Positions 23,718 to 37,595 of a DNA stretch of 64,000 bases are shown here, piece by piece (position 1 is the stretch's first letter; every line of letters starts with the position of its first letter). The notes under the pieces are model-generated. The model saw only the letters and a program-made list of their open reading frames with translations. It did not search any database and was not told the origin of the DNA. This DNA comes from Sarea resinae (lineage: Eukaryota): the NCBI GenBank assembly GCA_026026165.1, contig JAPEUD010000008.1, forward strand, positions 310,001 through 374,000, given 5' to 3'. Position numbers and translations under genes: made by a program.

Positions 23718-24864
23718 GATGCCCGGTGAGGAATGGAATAGTTGGATGGCCGCGAGCCTGAGCTCTTGACTTGGGTTGCGTCAGGATAAAGCTGGTTCCG
23801 AGGAATGCTCGATGACTTACCCTCAACACGTGGGCCAAGTCAAAATGTGAGGTGGTACCCAAAAGCTTAATGCGTCGACGATGAAACGGCGTTCAGCAGT
23901 GATCGATTCGCGGTTGACTTGACTGGAATGTGTGATGTTGGTGACTATTCTTTATGAGATGGAAGGCACGAAGTCGAAGAAAGCGCAATGCTGAGAGAGA
24001 GGGTAGATATGGGCTGGGGCTGGCGGAGGTGGAAATGCTGGTGGTAGGTAAAGTGGTCGTGCTAAGTTAATGAGGTGGCTGGAGGTTGGCGCAATGACGA
24101 ATGGCGTCCGATTGTTTACCGGCAACTTCCGAAACTCGTTGGCAGGACAACACCATCCCATTCACTTATCGATAAACTTAGGGGTCACTCACTGTTCGAT
24201 ATTCATAATAATTCAACGCAAACCATTCATCGTCTCTCCTAAATCACTCGGTCGGGAAATCGGGAGGTCTTCAATTATCATCAAATTGGTCATTGCCCAC
24301 AAACTCAATCCCTAAGCTCGACACACCACTCAGACTAGTTCTCCCATAATCGTATATCGCTCCTTGCGAGCCCGCAAATCTATCATTGCCCAACGTTCGA
24401 GAATCTCGACCCAACCCACATGCAGATAAGTAGAGCTAGACAGGAGTGTGAAATGCAATCGAAAAAGTAAGCATGAGAAAAGACGAAGCTAAAGCGGCAA
24501 TGGTATCTTTCAACAATACTGCAGGAAGATACAAGTCAGGGTATACAAGCCGAGAGCAAACATAAATCCTCCTCCAGACCAGGCCATGAAGGACCAGCTG
24601 CTACACGCGTTCCTGCAACTGCAACGGAGAATGCCAAAAACGCTCAGAGAAAAGTCATAATTCGTACAGTCATCTCTCGTCGATGTATAAGCGGAAAAGG
24701 TCGGCCTGGGAGTAACTTTTTTGTTGGAAAAAAAAAGCCGCCCAGTCAAAGCAGTAGTAAACATCCACCAGGAAAGACCATTATCCTTAGCGTCAAGAGA
24801 AATTATGCAGAAATGCGCAAAACAGAGGCAAAAGTATGCTCAAGTGTAATCGGCCACGCTCCTC

Positions 24865-26607
24865 TCAACGACCCGATCGACTTGATCGGCGGCTTGGTCT
24901 CTCTCCGTCTTCAATCTGTCTCCTCAAACCACTTCGAGCGTACTCTATCTGAGCAGCATTGCTCGTACGTTCGATGTATCGGGGCTTCGATCGGCCGCCG
25001 ACACTCAGCTCCGCTTGGCCGCCTTCTTCACCAGGCTTTATATTGATCGTGCGCCCGTCGAAATCGCCACTAAAGTCAAGCTTCACACCATTGAATCGAA
25101 GCGTGAAACCTTCGCCGTCCGAATGTGTAAGACCTGAGCCGGATCGTGTCTTGAGATCACTGCCGTCCCGGCTACTGCTCGTACGACTATGGGAACCAGA
25201 GTCGCTGCTCGGATTCATGCCACGACGAGCTTGTCGAAGGGCATCTGCCGTCAACGGCACTGATGTGACAGCAGCTGTCTCCTGATAATCTTCGGCTGCT
25301 CGCTGACGCTGTTCGATGGCACCCGCTCGTCCATGTCCGTCGTAGCTTACACGCCTACGGTTCGGACCCTCGACGGATACTTTTGCCGCACCATAATCAT
25401 TCGAATAAGTGGCGTATTTTCTGCTCGAGCTGTTGGAAGCAAGGCTAGGCCGTCGTGGACGCATTGTCGGCTCGGCCAGCGCGCCCCGCACCCGCTCGGC
25501 CGGAGCTTTCGTGGTTGCCACATAGGGGCTGGCGCTGCTAGGTCGTTGGATCTCACGTGCCAGATTGGCCGTCACTGAATGTCTCATCGGAGGACGGGCG
25601 ATGGGAATGATCTGGGGTGGCGGGGGCGGCGGCATCTTGTAGTAATCCTCGTCTCGTCCTTCGTTCGATTCACGTCTTGTCCGTCGTTGATTCGACGAGC
25701 CATTCGGCTGCTGAGGGAAGTTTGGCTGATCATATTCTACGACCGGAGTTCCGTAGACCGATTTTGGCCGAGTCGAGTATTGTCCGGCCGCGGGCCAGTT
25801 GCGCGACGATGGGCGCTCATAAGGTGATGGCGGAGGGTAATCCTGCCGCGACTGGGGACGGGAGGGAGGTAAGAAGCTAGCTCCTGGCGGAGGATACGAT
25901 GGCGGAATCGCATACGCTGGATTAGAGTACATGGGCATTGACGGTGGCGGGCCCCGCTCATACGGAATGCCAGGAGGTCGTCCGTATGGGTCAGACATCA
26001 TGCCGCCCTGATAGCTCACAGGTCTTGGCTGGAAGATGTGGGTCGAAGCAGCTCGAGGTCGAGAACGAGCAGTCTGGATGATAGGCGCTTCCGAGATGTA
26101 CCCTGGCCCGGGGTGCCGAATGGCTTGCGGTGAGGGTGGACCGCCATTGTATCGAGAAGGCGGTCGTTGAATGCCATTAAAAGGTTGGTAATTGATGTCC
26201 CAGTGTGACTCCAGCGGACCACGACTCCTTGCGATGCATTCTGGGCAGTCACATTCCTCATGAATCCCGCTATCTCTTCTCTGGTTCCGGGACGCCGTGC
26301 GAGGGGGTAGCTTGTCCATGCTCCTCCGGCCGCTTCCTGCAACGGGCGGTCTTCGTTTGTTCGGACTCGACGGATTGCTTTCCTTGGCCGAGGCTAGCTT
26401 CGCTCCTGATCCAGAATCTCCACTGCCTACCGTGGCTGCCGTGTGACTGGAATAGCCCGAGTCGCTAGCCACGTCTGGATTTTTTGCAGGAACTCTGCCA
26501 GACCTTCCGGCGGGCTTCCTCCTGGCAATAGTACGGGTCTCGGGAAGGGTCTCATTGTTGTCGGAGTTATAGTCCTCAACAGAAGCGACGCGGCTTTGTT
26601 TGGACAT
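24865..26607 (-). CDS. Pro/Ser/Arg-rich hypothetical protein (~580 aa), largely disordered
   Basis: Long single-exon ORF starting MSKQSRVASVEDYNSD; DVASDSGYSSHTAAT, CDCPEC, DEDYYKMPPPPPP; C-terminal beta-rich segment FTLRFNGVKLDF. Confidence 0.85.
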   Translation of the reverse strand: MSKQSRVASVEDYNSDNNETLPETRTIARRKPAGRSGRVPAKNPDVASDSGYSSHTAATVGSGDSGSGAKLASAKESNPSSPNKRRPPVAGSGRRSMDKLPPRTASRNQRRDSGIHEECDCPECIARSRGPLESHWDINYQPFNGIQRPPSRYNGGPPSPQAIRHPGPGYISEAPIIQTARSRPRAASTHIFQPRPVSYQGGMMSDPYGRPPGIPYERGPPPSMPMYSNPAYAIPPSYPPPGASFLPPSRPQSRQDYPPPSPYERPSSRNWPAAGQYSTRPKSVYGTPVVEYDQPNFPQQPNGSSNQRRTRRESNEGRDEDYYKMPPPPPPQIIPIARPPMRHSVTANLAREIQRPSSASPYVATTKAPAERVRGALAEPTMRPRRPSLASNSSSRKYATYSNDYGAAKVSVEGPNRRRVSYDGHGRAGAIEQRQRAAEDYQETAAVTSVPLTADALRQARRGMNPSSDSGSHSRTSSSRDGSDLKTRSGSGLTHSDGEGFTLRFNGVKLDFSGDFDGRTINIKPGEEGGQAELSVGGRSKPRYIERTSNAAQIEYARSGLRRQIEDGERPSRRSSRSGR

Positions 26608-29600
26608 TGTTGGCGCAATAGCGCACACGCGCACCGACGACGATCAAATTGGGGTTGGTGATTGTTGTCGTTGAAGCAGACGTCGAGTGGGCGGAAAAGG
26701 GCTGCGCTCGGGATGGGGATGGGCGTTGATCGATAGGCGAAATATCGATAGCGGATAAGGGTGGTGCGTTGTCTGCCGACTCAAAGATGGGGGAGGGGAA
26801 ACAGGAGAAGGCGTGCGAGCGAGCGAGCGAGCGGGCGGGCGACACAGAGAGCAGTGACGGTGACTTGAGGCGGGCTCAAGTCCTTTTAGTAGCGAAGAAG
26901 CTCCATTGAGGGAGTGTCGGGGTATTTGTAATGGTGGTGGGTTGAGTGCATTCAGGTATCCAGAATCAGGTCGAGAGGGCCAAAATTGGTCGGTCAGGTA
27001 TCAACGGGACCAGAACGACAATATAAGGTGTGCAGTGTGCAGTGTGCGTGTGTGCGGGCGAGCGAGCGAGCGAGCGAGAAAGTGTCGCACTGGCACAGGC
27101 ACAGGCCCAGGCACTGGCACTGGCACACGTACGAAAGTACCCGTACACGTACGAGGCTCAAGGTAATAGGCTGTTTCGGCGTCGGGAGGTCAACGAGGGC
27201 ATGGTCTCTCTGTCTCTCTGCCTCTCTGCCTCTCTCGCGGTGGATTTCTGCTCTCCTCTGGCCCTTTCACCGTTTCGTCGACGGCGGAGAGAGAGAGGGA
27301 CAGTGTGTGAGTAATAAGACGGAATGCTTGGTGCTGGTGCGTGCTGGCCGCCGGCTGTTGGCCTGTTCGTCTTCTGTTGGTCTGTTGGCCTGTTGGCGAG
27401 GGGAGCGCGACCGTGTTCAGGTATATATTTTCTTTTTTGGGCTCCAAGCTGTTCTGGATATACGGCGTACGGTACCCAATGTCAGGTAGAAAGGGTATGA
27501 AGTACTCCGTACTCCGTACGCTGTACGCTGGAGACATTGAAGGTGAGGTCGCTGAGGTACCCCGAGGTAGTGTGGGAAGCAGTACGGGAAGCAGTGTGGG
27601 AAGCAGCGCGGAAGGTCAAGGGGGGCCAGCCATCGACCCGGAAACACCCAGTCAGAGAGCCAGTCCGCACCCACGCAAAGCATCTCGCAGCCAGGATCCA
27701 TCCCGCACGCCAGAAGGCGAGCAGCGAATGTGCTGATCAAGTGGAGACCATGCATGTACTATCAAGTACTCGAAGTACTGTCATTGCCCTGCTGCCGTTG
27801 CCGTGGTCACTTCATTCAATGATACCGTCAGGTAGAGAGTAAGGTACTATGTAAGGTAGATACTCTGTCTGGCTGGAGCGGCCCAACCTTGGAAGGCTCG
27901 TACTATGAGTACGAAGTAACTGCGTACCTCCCCCAATCCCCCAAGTACTTCGTACTCTGCTTCAGCACTCACTACTCCGTACTCGTCCAAACTACCACGG
28001 CTGCTCTACGCAGTAACGCTGTCCACGACAAAAGTGTGGGCGAGGCTGCCAATGACATGTCGTCCGTCCAGGGTCAAGGGGGGAGGACTCATCATTCATG
28101 GCCCCTGGAACGGCCACCATAGGCTTACCTGATGCACCACCATTGACCACTGATCGTCCACCGTCCCGCCATCCACGCCCTTCCTCATCACCAGCACCCA
28201 TGGCTGCGATGGACCACCCACACGATGCCATGCGATGCATTGATTACCTACATCATCGATGAGTACTCCGTAGCTACCTTACCTTCTTCATGAGAACAGA
28301 CAGATCCCCGAGGCCGAGAGGCGGGTACCAGGGGGATGAGTAGGTACTCACTTGTTTCACGAGGGAGTGGAATTTCGAAATCCTACCAGTGTTCATGTGA
28401 AGTCGGCTCAAGTCAGCCAAGGAGGATGCAAGAGACGAGAGATGCGAGATCGACGGCTCAACCACCGCGACGACACACATTGGACGACCCTTTTGCTTCT
28501 ACCTCAGCAGAGTAGTATCTCCTTCGTACGTACATCGACTACTATCTCGCCTCCTGACGGACAAGCATGACTCTGCCGGATCCTATGCGAGAGAATTGCG
28601 CCATCCGGGGCAAGTCTCCTCGAACGAGAGAGTTGTCGATAGACTGATAGTAGACAGGTACTCCGAGTAGTGATGGGAAGTGATCTTGGCGACGAATGTA
28701 CTTGCACTTGTATCTCGACCATTTGAGATATTCGTCGTGCTTCCATGTTCACTCCATTTGCTTGCCTGCTTACCTTACCTACCCACCAACCTTGCCTTGC
28801 CATCTTAGTCCCCCAGCGCCAACCCGAGCCAACGAGCCAGAGCGGTGACGCTACGGGCCAGAAGTGACCGGCTAATTTCCTACAGGCCCTCCAGCTTCCG
28901 GCGCTCGAGGCATTTCCCCCCGAAACCGCGCACGACCGATGCGTGTCATCTCCCTTCTCTGACAGCAAGCAATCTGTGTATCTGCGTGATTGGAACTTTG
29001 GGGAAAGGAAAACCAAAATGTGGGGGAGGAAGGTGAGGAGGTGGTGCGTTATGTATGTCGCATGTACGTAGGCCAAGATGACTCTCAGAACGAATGAGGT
29101 TTTTCTGCCAGAATGGAATACCTTACTTCATGGATGACATGTGTGGACTGGACCAAAGGAATGACGGCGAGGAACATAAAGGTCAAGCAACAGGCAAATC
29201 GGTCGAGCGAAAAAAAGATGCGCGTGTCCCGGATCGCCCGTGTCAAGCGTCCAGGCAGACCGAGCCGCCAGCCAGAGGTCGAGGAGTCGTGCACCCGCTC
29301 CGCAGCACATTGCATCGCATTGCATCGCATTGCATGGCGTCGCCGAGTGTCATCTCCACGTCCGTTTATCTATGGTCGGTGTGGTGACGCAAGGATAGAA
29401 ATGGCTTTCGAAACGATTGAGGAGGCCACCATCACCCTCACTCACAAACACCGATCGCTTAGAAGGCATTCGTCGATCCCGCCAATGCTTTCTTGCGCTG
29501 CTGTTCTATTTGCAAAAGCACGATGGATGAGTGAGAGCAGGCCAGATCAGATCAGATTTTTCGGAGGGGTACAGGGTACGGAAGGCGGAAGGTGGAGAGG

Positions 29601-32370
29601 CCTCTAAGAGGTCGAGATGCGTACTAAGGTGTTGACGCACCTCCCAGGATGTCTCTCTCTCGCTCTTCGTTTACCGCAGCCGATCGAGACGAACCAGAGA
29701 GAGAGAAAGAGATGCACAACTACTCCGGAGTACTATGGTAGACACCTCGTACATCTAAATGGCTATCGACCTCTGACGATGGCTGACTGGGTCTAAGAAC
29801 AAAGTGCCAATACAGCGCAACCAATCTCCCTGTCCTTGCTCTTAGCCTGATTGCCGGGCTTTGCGGCGTATGCGTAGTAAGCAGGACATGATTTAACGAC
29901 AAGTTGATAGAGCTTGGATGATGATCTGCCGTGAGTGATGCCCTTTGATACAGAGTCGTACCGGGCGCCACATCACTCCTCCTATCCATCTGCGAGCCGG
30001 CCATCATATCTTTCCTGATGATCTTGCAGAGATAAGCATCGCGACTCGTGCGATGCTCATATGTTCATGGCCGTAGCTGGTACTTTTAGTTGAGTCTCGA
30101 GTTGCCAAATGATATCCATTGAAAGCAGGCGGCACGTAAATGAAGCGATGAGCGTTCTTCCGCCCACAAGACCACACAAGAAAGCCGGAGACGCATCATG
30201 CACAACAGCATCGACTGCATTTGAGATCAGTCTCCGCCAAGGAACCCAGCCAGTACATCCATCACTGGGCATGGAGTCGAAGCACGAAAAAGCGATCAGC
30301 AAGAAGCAGGCCTTGAACGGCAAGGTAGGAGGCAGGGTGATGATGAGTAGTAGTGATAGTAGTAAAGTAGAACACAGTAGTTCGGATTTGTTGTGTTCTG
30401 TGTATTTTGTTGTGTGCTGAGATACCTAAACGACCGGTCGACCGCCTTACCATAGTTCGTGACTCGCCGGACGAGGTTCGCCAAAGCCGCCAAAGGAACC
30501 GAGCGCATAATCGATCCCATACTAACCCGATATGTCCGTCTAGCTCTCAACTTTTCGACTCACCGCCTTTTTCCAGTGTTGCCCTTCCAGGGCTTCATAC
30601 ATGGGTGACCTTGGGGCCGATAGGGCAAGAAGGAGGGCAAAGGGCACTGGGGCAGGGGGCAGGGGCAGTAGGGAAAGGGCAGAGGGTTCACCGGTTTGAT
30701 GCCCCAGCATGCGCTGTTCATCTTGCCGAGCTTCCATCTCGCGGAAACTTCACTCCGTCCCCGAATCCTTTTTCTGACCAGTCTCTTACCAGTGTAAGGT
30801 ACTGCGTAGAGTATACATTAGTATGTAAGCGACACAGATGGCCATCCGCATTTTGGCATCTCATTGGAATGGTAAAAAGGAGAAAAGCACATAGGGGAGC
30901 GACTTCCCAGCTGGTTGGTGGGGTGCCGCCACCATCCTCCCCTCCCGTCTACTACGGAGTACGTAGTACGCCTCATATCTGAGTCTCATCCTCTGGACTC
31001 TTAGGAGCCACTCCACACTTCGCCTCAGGAGAAAACAGGGTCGCTGACGGACTGCTGGCCGCCGGCCCAATCTGGTCAAGCCATTGTTGACACGCCGACA
31101 ACGCCAGAGCAAAAAGATGGAGCCTGCCCAAACGGGACGGTTCCCTGGCCGGGGCTGCTTGTTTCCATGGAACGAACGATTCGGTACGGGTAGCGGTACG
31201 GTAGCTTGAGTGCGTACGCAGGACTGGGACGGTATTCGTACTTACTCATAGTACCATGGCTCGAATAATAACGGATCCTCCCGTTAGGTAAGGGACCCCT
31301 GAGTCACCGCCTCCCGAAAGCGTGAGCGATGAGCGCAGACCCGTATCGCCACGACCTCCCTAGCCACGTCAGAAGGGTCAGAGCCTCCATCAGGTGATGG
31401 GGCATGACCCTATCCGGCATCGTGTTGGATGTTCATGGATACACGTTACGAAGTACAGCAGTAGTAGCGGGGACTCGTCTGCTACCCCGTGAGACGGATG
31501 GCAGGCCCCATGGGACAGCTCTGTCGTTTTTCCATCTCGAGTAACGGACAAGTAGCTCGAGGCCAGCTCAGATCCCATTGCGTACCTCTTCACAGGTCTA
31601 TCGAAAGATGATCATGCCAAACTTCGTCATCCGAGAAGCCGAGCATGATGTTGCTTGCGCGATGCATTTCACCCGAAACGGCACCTTCATATCGAGATTG
31701 CCCCAGCTTTTCAGACCCCAGAGCAAGCGTCAAACAGGTGTACGGAGCAAGTAGTGGTGAGTTATGTAAAAGTAGTCGATCGATGGTCTCTAAAGCATGC
31801 CTGGGGGATTTTCGGATTTCCCCGAGTTTTGTCCACTCCCTTTCAAACTCGTAAATGCGTAATTGATGTAGCGGTATTAGGACCCTAATTAGTAGGCTTG
31901 TGACACACGAATGGGTGCCTTCTTGAGAAGAAAAACGACTCGTGCTTTGCGAGTAAAGGTGGAAAAAAGGAAGTGATGGTTCTTGGAAGCCTGGTAAGGT
32001 AACAAGCGGAGTCAGAGTCATCTACGAGTTCAATATTCTCGGCATAGTCACCAGCACAACAGCAGTATCTTGTCATAGTGCAAGCGTAATTGAAGCTATT
32101 AAATCGAGTTGATTGCTAACCCGAATCCATCGCGCTATAGTTTACAAGCGTTACAGAAACATTGCATCAGAGGGTAGGTGTCAGCTACCTCAGGGTAATA
32201 TCGCCAAGGAACAAACAAGCACGTATGTAAGAACGAAGGTATGCTCTCAGACGACCGCCAGAAATCCGATACATCAAAGAGGAAAAGAGAAAACTAGGTA
32301 AACTTCATGTCTTCCTTCCGAGTCGTTGCTTCGTCATTATCATTCCACCTCTTGCATTATCGGGGGCTCT

Positions 32371-35300
32371 CTATAGCTCATCTCTCGCTTTCTGCGTAGC
32401 TTCACTCGCCGCGCTGGAAACGCTGCTGGCGAAGTCTTCAACATTTTCCTTTGCCGCTTTGAGTGCTCCAGTCGTCCCTTCTCCAGTACTCTCCATCAGG
32501 GCGGCAATTTTGGCCCTCGCACTCTCCACAGCGCCACCGAGTCTGCTCTGAGCACTCTCGACCGCACCTTGTTCAGGACCATATATGGCGGAGCTCACTT
32601 TGGCTTGCGCTGCTGAATATCTATCCCCTACGTACGACGAGCCCGATAGAACATTGTCTCCCACAATAGACGAGATAGATGAATAGGCATTGCTTGCCGC
32701 ACCTGTTACGGATTCAACCCGTCCAGTCGGTGTTCCATAGATAGCAGCTGAGATGGCACTCTGTGCAGAACTAGCTGCATCCGATATCTGACTTTGCGCA
32801 GCCTCTGCATAGCCGGGCTGAGTGCCGTATACAGCTTCACTGGCTTGAGAGTGAGCTGAGCTGTATGCATCAGCGACAGCGGACGTGGCTTTTTCATAGT
32901 TTCCTTTGCTGGTTCCGTAGACTTGCGCGCTGGCTGCATCAATTGCAGCATTGATCTGCTCACCTGCAGAGCCCAAAATAGACTCGATTGCTGGAGGTGG
33001 CGTAAAATACGACGAAGCAACAGAAGATGCGGAGGCATACACATCGCTTGCATAACTCGAGGCCGAGGATGCAGCCGCGGGATAGCCCGTGTGGTAGACA
33101 GAGCTGAACCTATTCATGACGCTCTCGGTAAAGTCCGGTTCTTTTCCGATAACAAGATCAGAGATCAAAGCCTGAACAGCTTCATACTGGGCGACCGCAG
33201 CATCAGTGGCTTGAGAGGCATAATCACCTGCTTGAGAGGCCAGTGACTCTGTAAATGGCGTTGGGGACCCATAGACCTGCTCGCTGGCTTTTGATACCAG
33301 CGCTTCCCAATTTTGAGATGCCTGTGAAGCTACTGATTCGGTCCATGGAGTTTCTGATCCTGCAAATTGTACGCTTGCAGCTGATAGAACAGAATCCGCT
33401 CGAGCAGTGATTGCCGAGGCAGCAGCCTCGATGCTCCCAGTAGGTCGGCCATAAAATGCCGTGCTTGCAGCGAGTGAAGCAGAGGAAAGAGACTCTGATG
33501 CCACGGATAGAGCAACGCTATACCGAGACGAAGCCGATTCCAGCACGCTCTGCGCTGGGGATTTACTGGTCTTGCCAACAGCGGAACTCGCGGACAGTAA
33601 TACGTTTTGCATCTGCTCCGAAGCAGCAGCAGTGGCGATGCTGTACTGTTCCTGAGCCGCGGAAACGGCATTCTCGTAAGCAGGAGTAGGGGTTCCATAT
33701 ATTACTTGGCTTGCACCATCATAGAGACTCTGATAAGCTGGAGTTGGGGTGCCATAGACGGCATTTGATGCCGTGCTCACAAATTCAGAATATCGTTCAT
33801 GAGCGAGCCCAATGCCTTCATAGTAGCGCCTCTGTGCCTCGGCCATATAGCGTTGATGAGCAGGTGTAGGCTGAGCTCCGACAGCACTCTTTGCGGATGA
33901 GTATTGGGCGGAAGCCAGACTTAAACCCTCACTCAGCCTCGATGAAGCAAGAGCAGTTATGGAGTCAAGAGCTCCTTGTGGGGGGCCATAAACCGCGCTC
34001 GAAGCAGAGGCAGATGCTGATGAATATTGGGAACTCGCTGCGTCTACTACAGCGGAGTATTGCTGCGCGGCCGCAGACAGCAGCGACTGATGGACCGGAG
34101 TAGGTGACCCAGTCAAGGCTGTCTTCGCCTGGTCGTACTGTGAAGATGCGACACTAACTGCGGCCGATAGTTTGTTGTTTGCAACAGAAAGAACTGATTC
34201 TTGAGGGCTTAGTGGCTTTCCATAGATTCCAGTTGATGCAGCAGCTGCTGCCGAGTGTAGTCTGCCACTGGCGGCTGCGACCGAATCAGAATAAGCTGCT
34301 TCGATGGAAGAGAACATCTCTTCATGTACTGGTTTAGGTGTTCCGGATATCTGGGCAGATGCAATAGATTTTGCCTTGGAATAGTGGTCTTGTGCTCTGC
34401 TAATAGCCTCCGAGTAATGCGAGCTGGCCTTGGCCGCCAAAGACTCAGTAAATGGAGCGGGAGTACCATAAATCACAGAAGATGCACTAGGAGAGGGTCA
34501 GCATGGGTCCATAAGTCTCGAGAGGAACAAATGCAAGGGAAGATATGACTTACGCTGCAACAGCTTCGGAGTATCGGCTCGAAGCAATGCTGGAAACACT
34601 CTCGCCAGTTCCCTGCTGCGTTCCATACAGCACGCTTGATGCAGCGGCAAGCGCGCTTGAGTACTGCTCAGCAGCCAAAGATGTTACACTCTCAAGCGAT
34701 CCTTGAGTACTAGTTGGCTTCAGTAAAGCTGCGCTGACAGCGTTTGTCACATCAGCATATCGATCTCCAGCTTCGCTGACAACACTCTGAAGCTTCTGCG
34801 AATATTTGGAATCATCATCCTCAATTATATCATCGTGGACGATTTGCCGTGCTTCAACATGTTGGGCCATAGCCCCACCGAAGATCTTTCGAGGCGCCTT
34901 GCTGGCAGCAGATGATGCAGAGGAGACGCTGCTGGCGACAGTGGAGGCTTTCTCCGAAGCAGACATTCCGGAACCCTGACCTACCACTCCATCCGATACG
35001 GCTGATGCTGCTGACTCTATGCTCGAAGAAGCTTGAGAGATTAGGGTCTCGTGAGCGGGAGCAGGTGTGCCCACAACGGCCTCGCTGCCATCGGACGCTA
35101 CTTGCGATGCCTTTCTGCTTGCTGCAGAGACAACGCTCTCCACAGAGCCTTGCTGCGATCCGACAACAGCTTCGCTGGCTGCGGAGGATGCTTGGCTAAC
35201 GATGGACCCAGCGGCGGATGTCATGCTTTCTGGTAACGACTTTTCTGTTCCGAGGATAGCTTCGGAAGCTTTCGTAGCAAGGCTTTCAAATGACCCTGTT

Positions 35301-37595
35301 TGCGTACCTATGACAGATTCGGAGACAGCCGAACTTAGCTTGCGTGCGCTTTCCACTGCCACAGAGGTCAAACTTTGAGCGGCAGGTTGCGGGGTGCCCA
35401 GGAAGGCTTCAGAAGCACCAGAGGCAGCCTGCTCCGCGAATCCAGGCTCGGAACCAACAAATTTAGATGAGAGGGAAGAAGCGGAATCAACCACGCTCTG
35501 CTTAGCTTGAGAGCTGATTGATTCCATTGTGCCTTGAGAAGTCCCAAAGACCGCTTCACTGGCCCCCTTAGCCTTGCCCAGCACTTTCTGCCCAGCAGCT
35601 GCAGCGCCAGCCGGGACGATCTTCGTCTCAAAGTCATCGCTAGAGTCTCTGGCATTGATCTTCCATTTTCCAACTTCTTTCAATCTTGCCAGCTCCTTCG
35701 CAGAATCCTCAGCAATTGCCATGCCTCTTTCTTCCACGTCTTTACCAGCTTCTCGAGCTCCAGCAAGACCTTCGTGTTCTGTCGCGATGATTTCGACTTC
35801 GGCTCTCCACTCGTCAAACGTTTTCTTGAGAGAATGATACTTTGACCAGTCTTTATATGTGACGCCCTCCATCCATGCCCAACGCATGCCAATCTCTTGA
35901 AGCCCTAGGTCCCTGATGCTATCGATAACTTCTAGTGTAGAGTTTGATGCAGCCGTAATGAGCGAGTACGTCTCATGATCGAAATCATGCTTCCAGGACC
36001 GCAATGCCTGCGCCTTGCCTTTGATAGCAAGACCAGCCGAGCGAACAGCCTCAACGAACTTCTCCTCAGCCTCTTGCAAGTCTTGCTGCGTGGGATCTTC
36101 CGGTAGTGCTTTGACGATAGAAATGACAGTTCCTTTAAGACCACGGATATGAGACTTTGAGCTCTCTTCGAGCTGCACAATCAACGCTTCACCAACACCA
36201 CGGACTTGGCTCTCGATCTGGTGATCCGTGATCTCTTGGACGCGCTCTTTGAGGTCTTGAGCGCCTTTATCGGCGGCTTTGGCGAATTTGGCCTGCCAGT
36301 CTTTCAAATCTTTACTAATCCTCTCCCGGGTTCGTTGAGCTTCTTGTTCGGGAGTAAGGGAAGCCGATGCACTCGCGGATGTAGTGGCGGAGCTACTCGA
36401 GGAATCGGTTGCATAGGCCGAAGCAATAGAAGAAGAAATTGAAGATAGTGTGGACGACGTTGATGTGGATTGAGCGGAGCTGCGGGGAAATCTGTCAGTT
36501 ACACAATTCCAAGTTCGGAAAACAATGCTTCAATGGAAGTAGAGATGATAGTCCTAGGGACTGTGCTGTTTGTATAGTGTGGGAAGACTTGGCCCTTAGA
36601 ATTTTGAATCGAGGAAGCAAAGATAAAGGCGAAGCAACATTGCAGTAGCGGACGAAATGAATGCTTACCTGTCAAGCTCATCAACTGCCGCTCTGAGTCT
36701 CTTCTCATCTCTGTATCGGCCGAGCCGTTCGCCAATTCGAACTAGCTGCGGCTCAACATTCTCACCGTAGAGGATACGAAGCTTAGGCCAGAGCGTCCTA
36801 TCAATAAAGACAGTGAGGGCGTTCCAAGCTCTCTGAGCATATGGGAGACCGGTGTCCACGGCGAACTTTTGGCTAGCAGTGTAGGCTTTCTCTGCGTGAG
36901 GTCGTGATGCTGTGTAAGCTGGGAGGACCCGGCCATTGTAGAGCTGGAGAGTGCGGTCTCTGGCTGATTCATAGTATGGTGCGCAGAGAGTGATGGCCTG
37001 ATTGACATGAGGGCCTAGAGAGGCACTGTATCGCTCTTTTGCAGCCGCGGTAGCATGATCGACGTGCGGCCGCAGTGACTGCTCCCATCTCTGTTGCCCT
37101 AGCTCCCGGATTTGGTCCACTCGAGGGGCAACGTAGGCAGAATAGCTGCTTTTGCCGATAGCAACAGCCGGATTGTATAATTGTTCCTCAAGCGTTTTCA
37201 CGTAAGGCCGAACGGTATCAACATATGGCGCGGCATATGACTGATAGTACGGCTCAAGATAAGGCGCAGCATGGGCTCGCACGGTTAGACTGGGTCGACA
37301 GATTTTTGGAGATTCATCTGTGAGCTCGTTGAGGGACGAGGGGCAGCGGAAGCTAAGCGTGACGATCGAATACCAAACAAGCAATCTGTAGAGGTTAGCT
37401 TAACTTGCCTGTGGACTATCACGACACAGGTGTTTGTATCATGTCAGACCGAGAAGCTTACCTTAAGGTTATGCTTAGTATTGAGCCAGTGAAGCTTCTC
37501 TGCCGCTTCGTGGATTGAGACGTCCGGCTCTTTACCTGCCCATTAGCTCTTCCCTTCTTGGGGTCGACCAGTCGGCCATTCGACTCGACGGCCAT
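32371..37595 (-). CDS. ~1630-aa She10-like, Ala/Ser-repeat ER protein ending RDEL (exons 37595-37462, 37385-36669, 36479-34554, 34486-32371)
   Basis: Exons join in frame (4893 nt); N-terminal hydrophobic anchor RLLVWYSIVTLSFRCP..ICRP; LGLQEIGMRWAWMEGVTYKDWSKYHSL; many ASxAVYGTP-type repeats; C-terminal RDEL. Confidence 0.85.

Noticed and set aside
30410..30440. TPP riboswitch-like GCTGAGA
   Set aside because: The downstream TGAT..ATAAT..CAGCG elements are absent and no thiamine gene is nearby
31590..32021. 143-aa orphan ATG ORF on the - strand
   Set aside because: No recognisable motif or codon bias; cannot be supported without BLAST or RNA data
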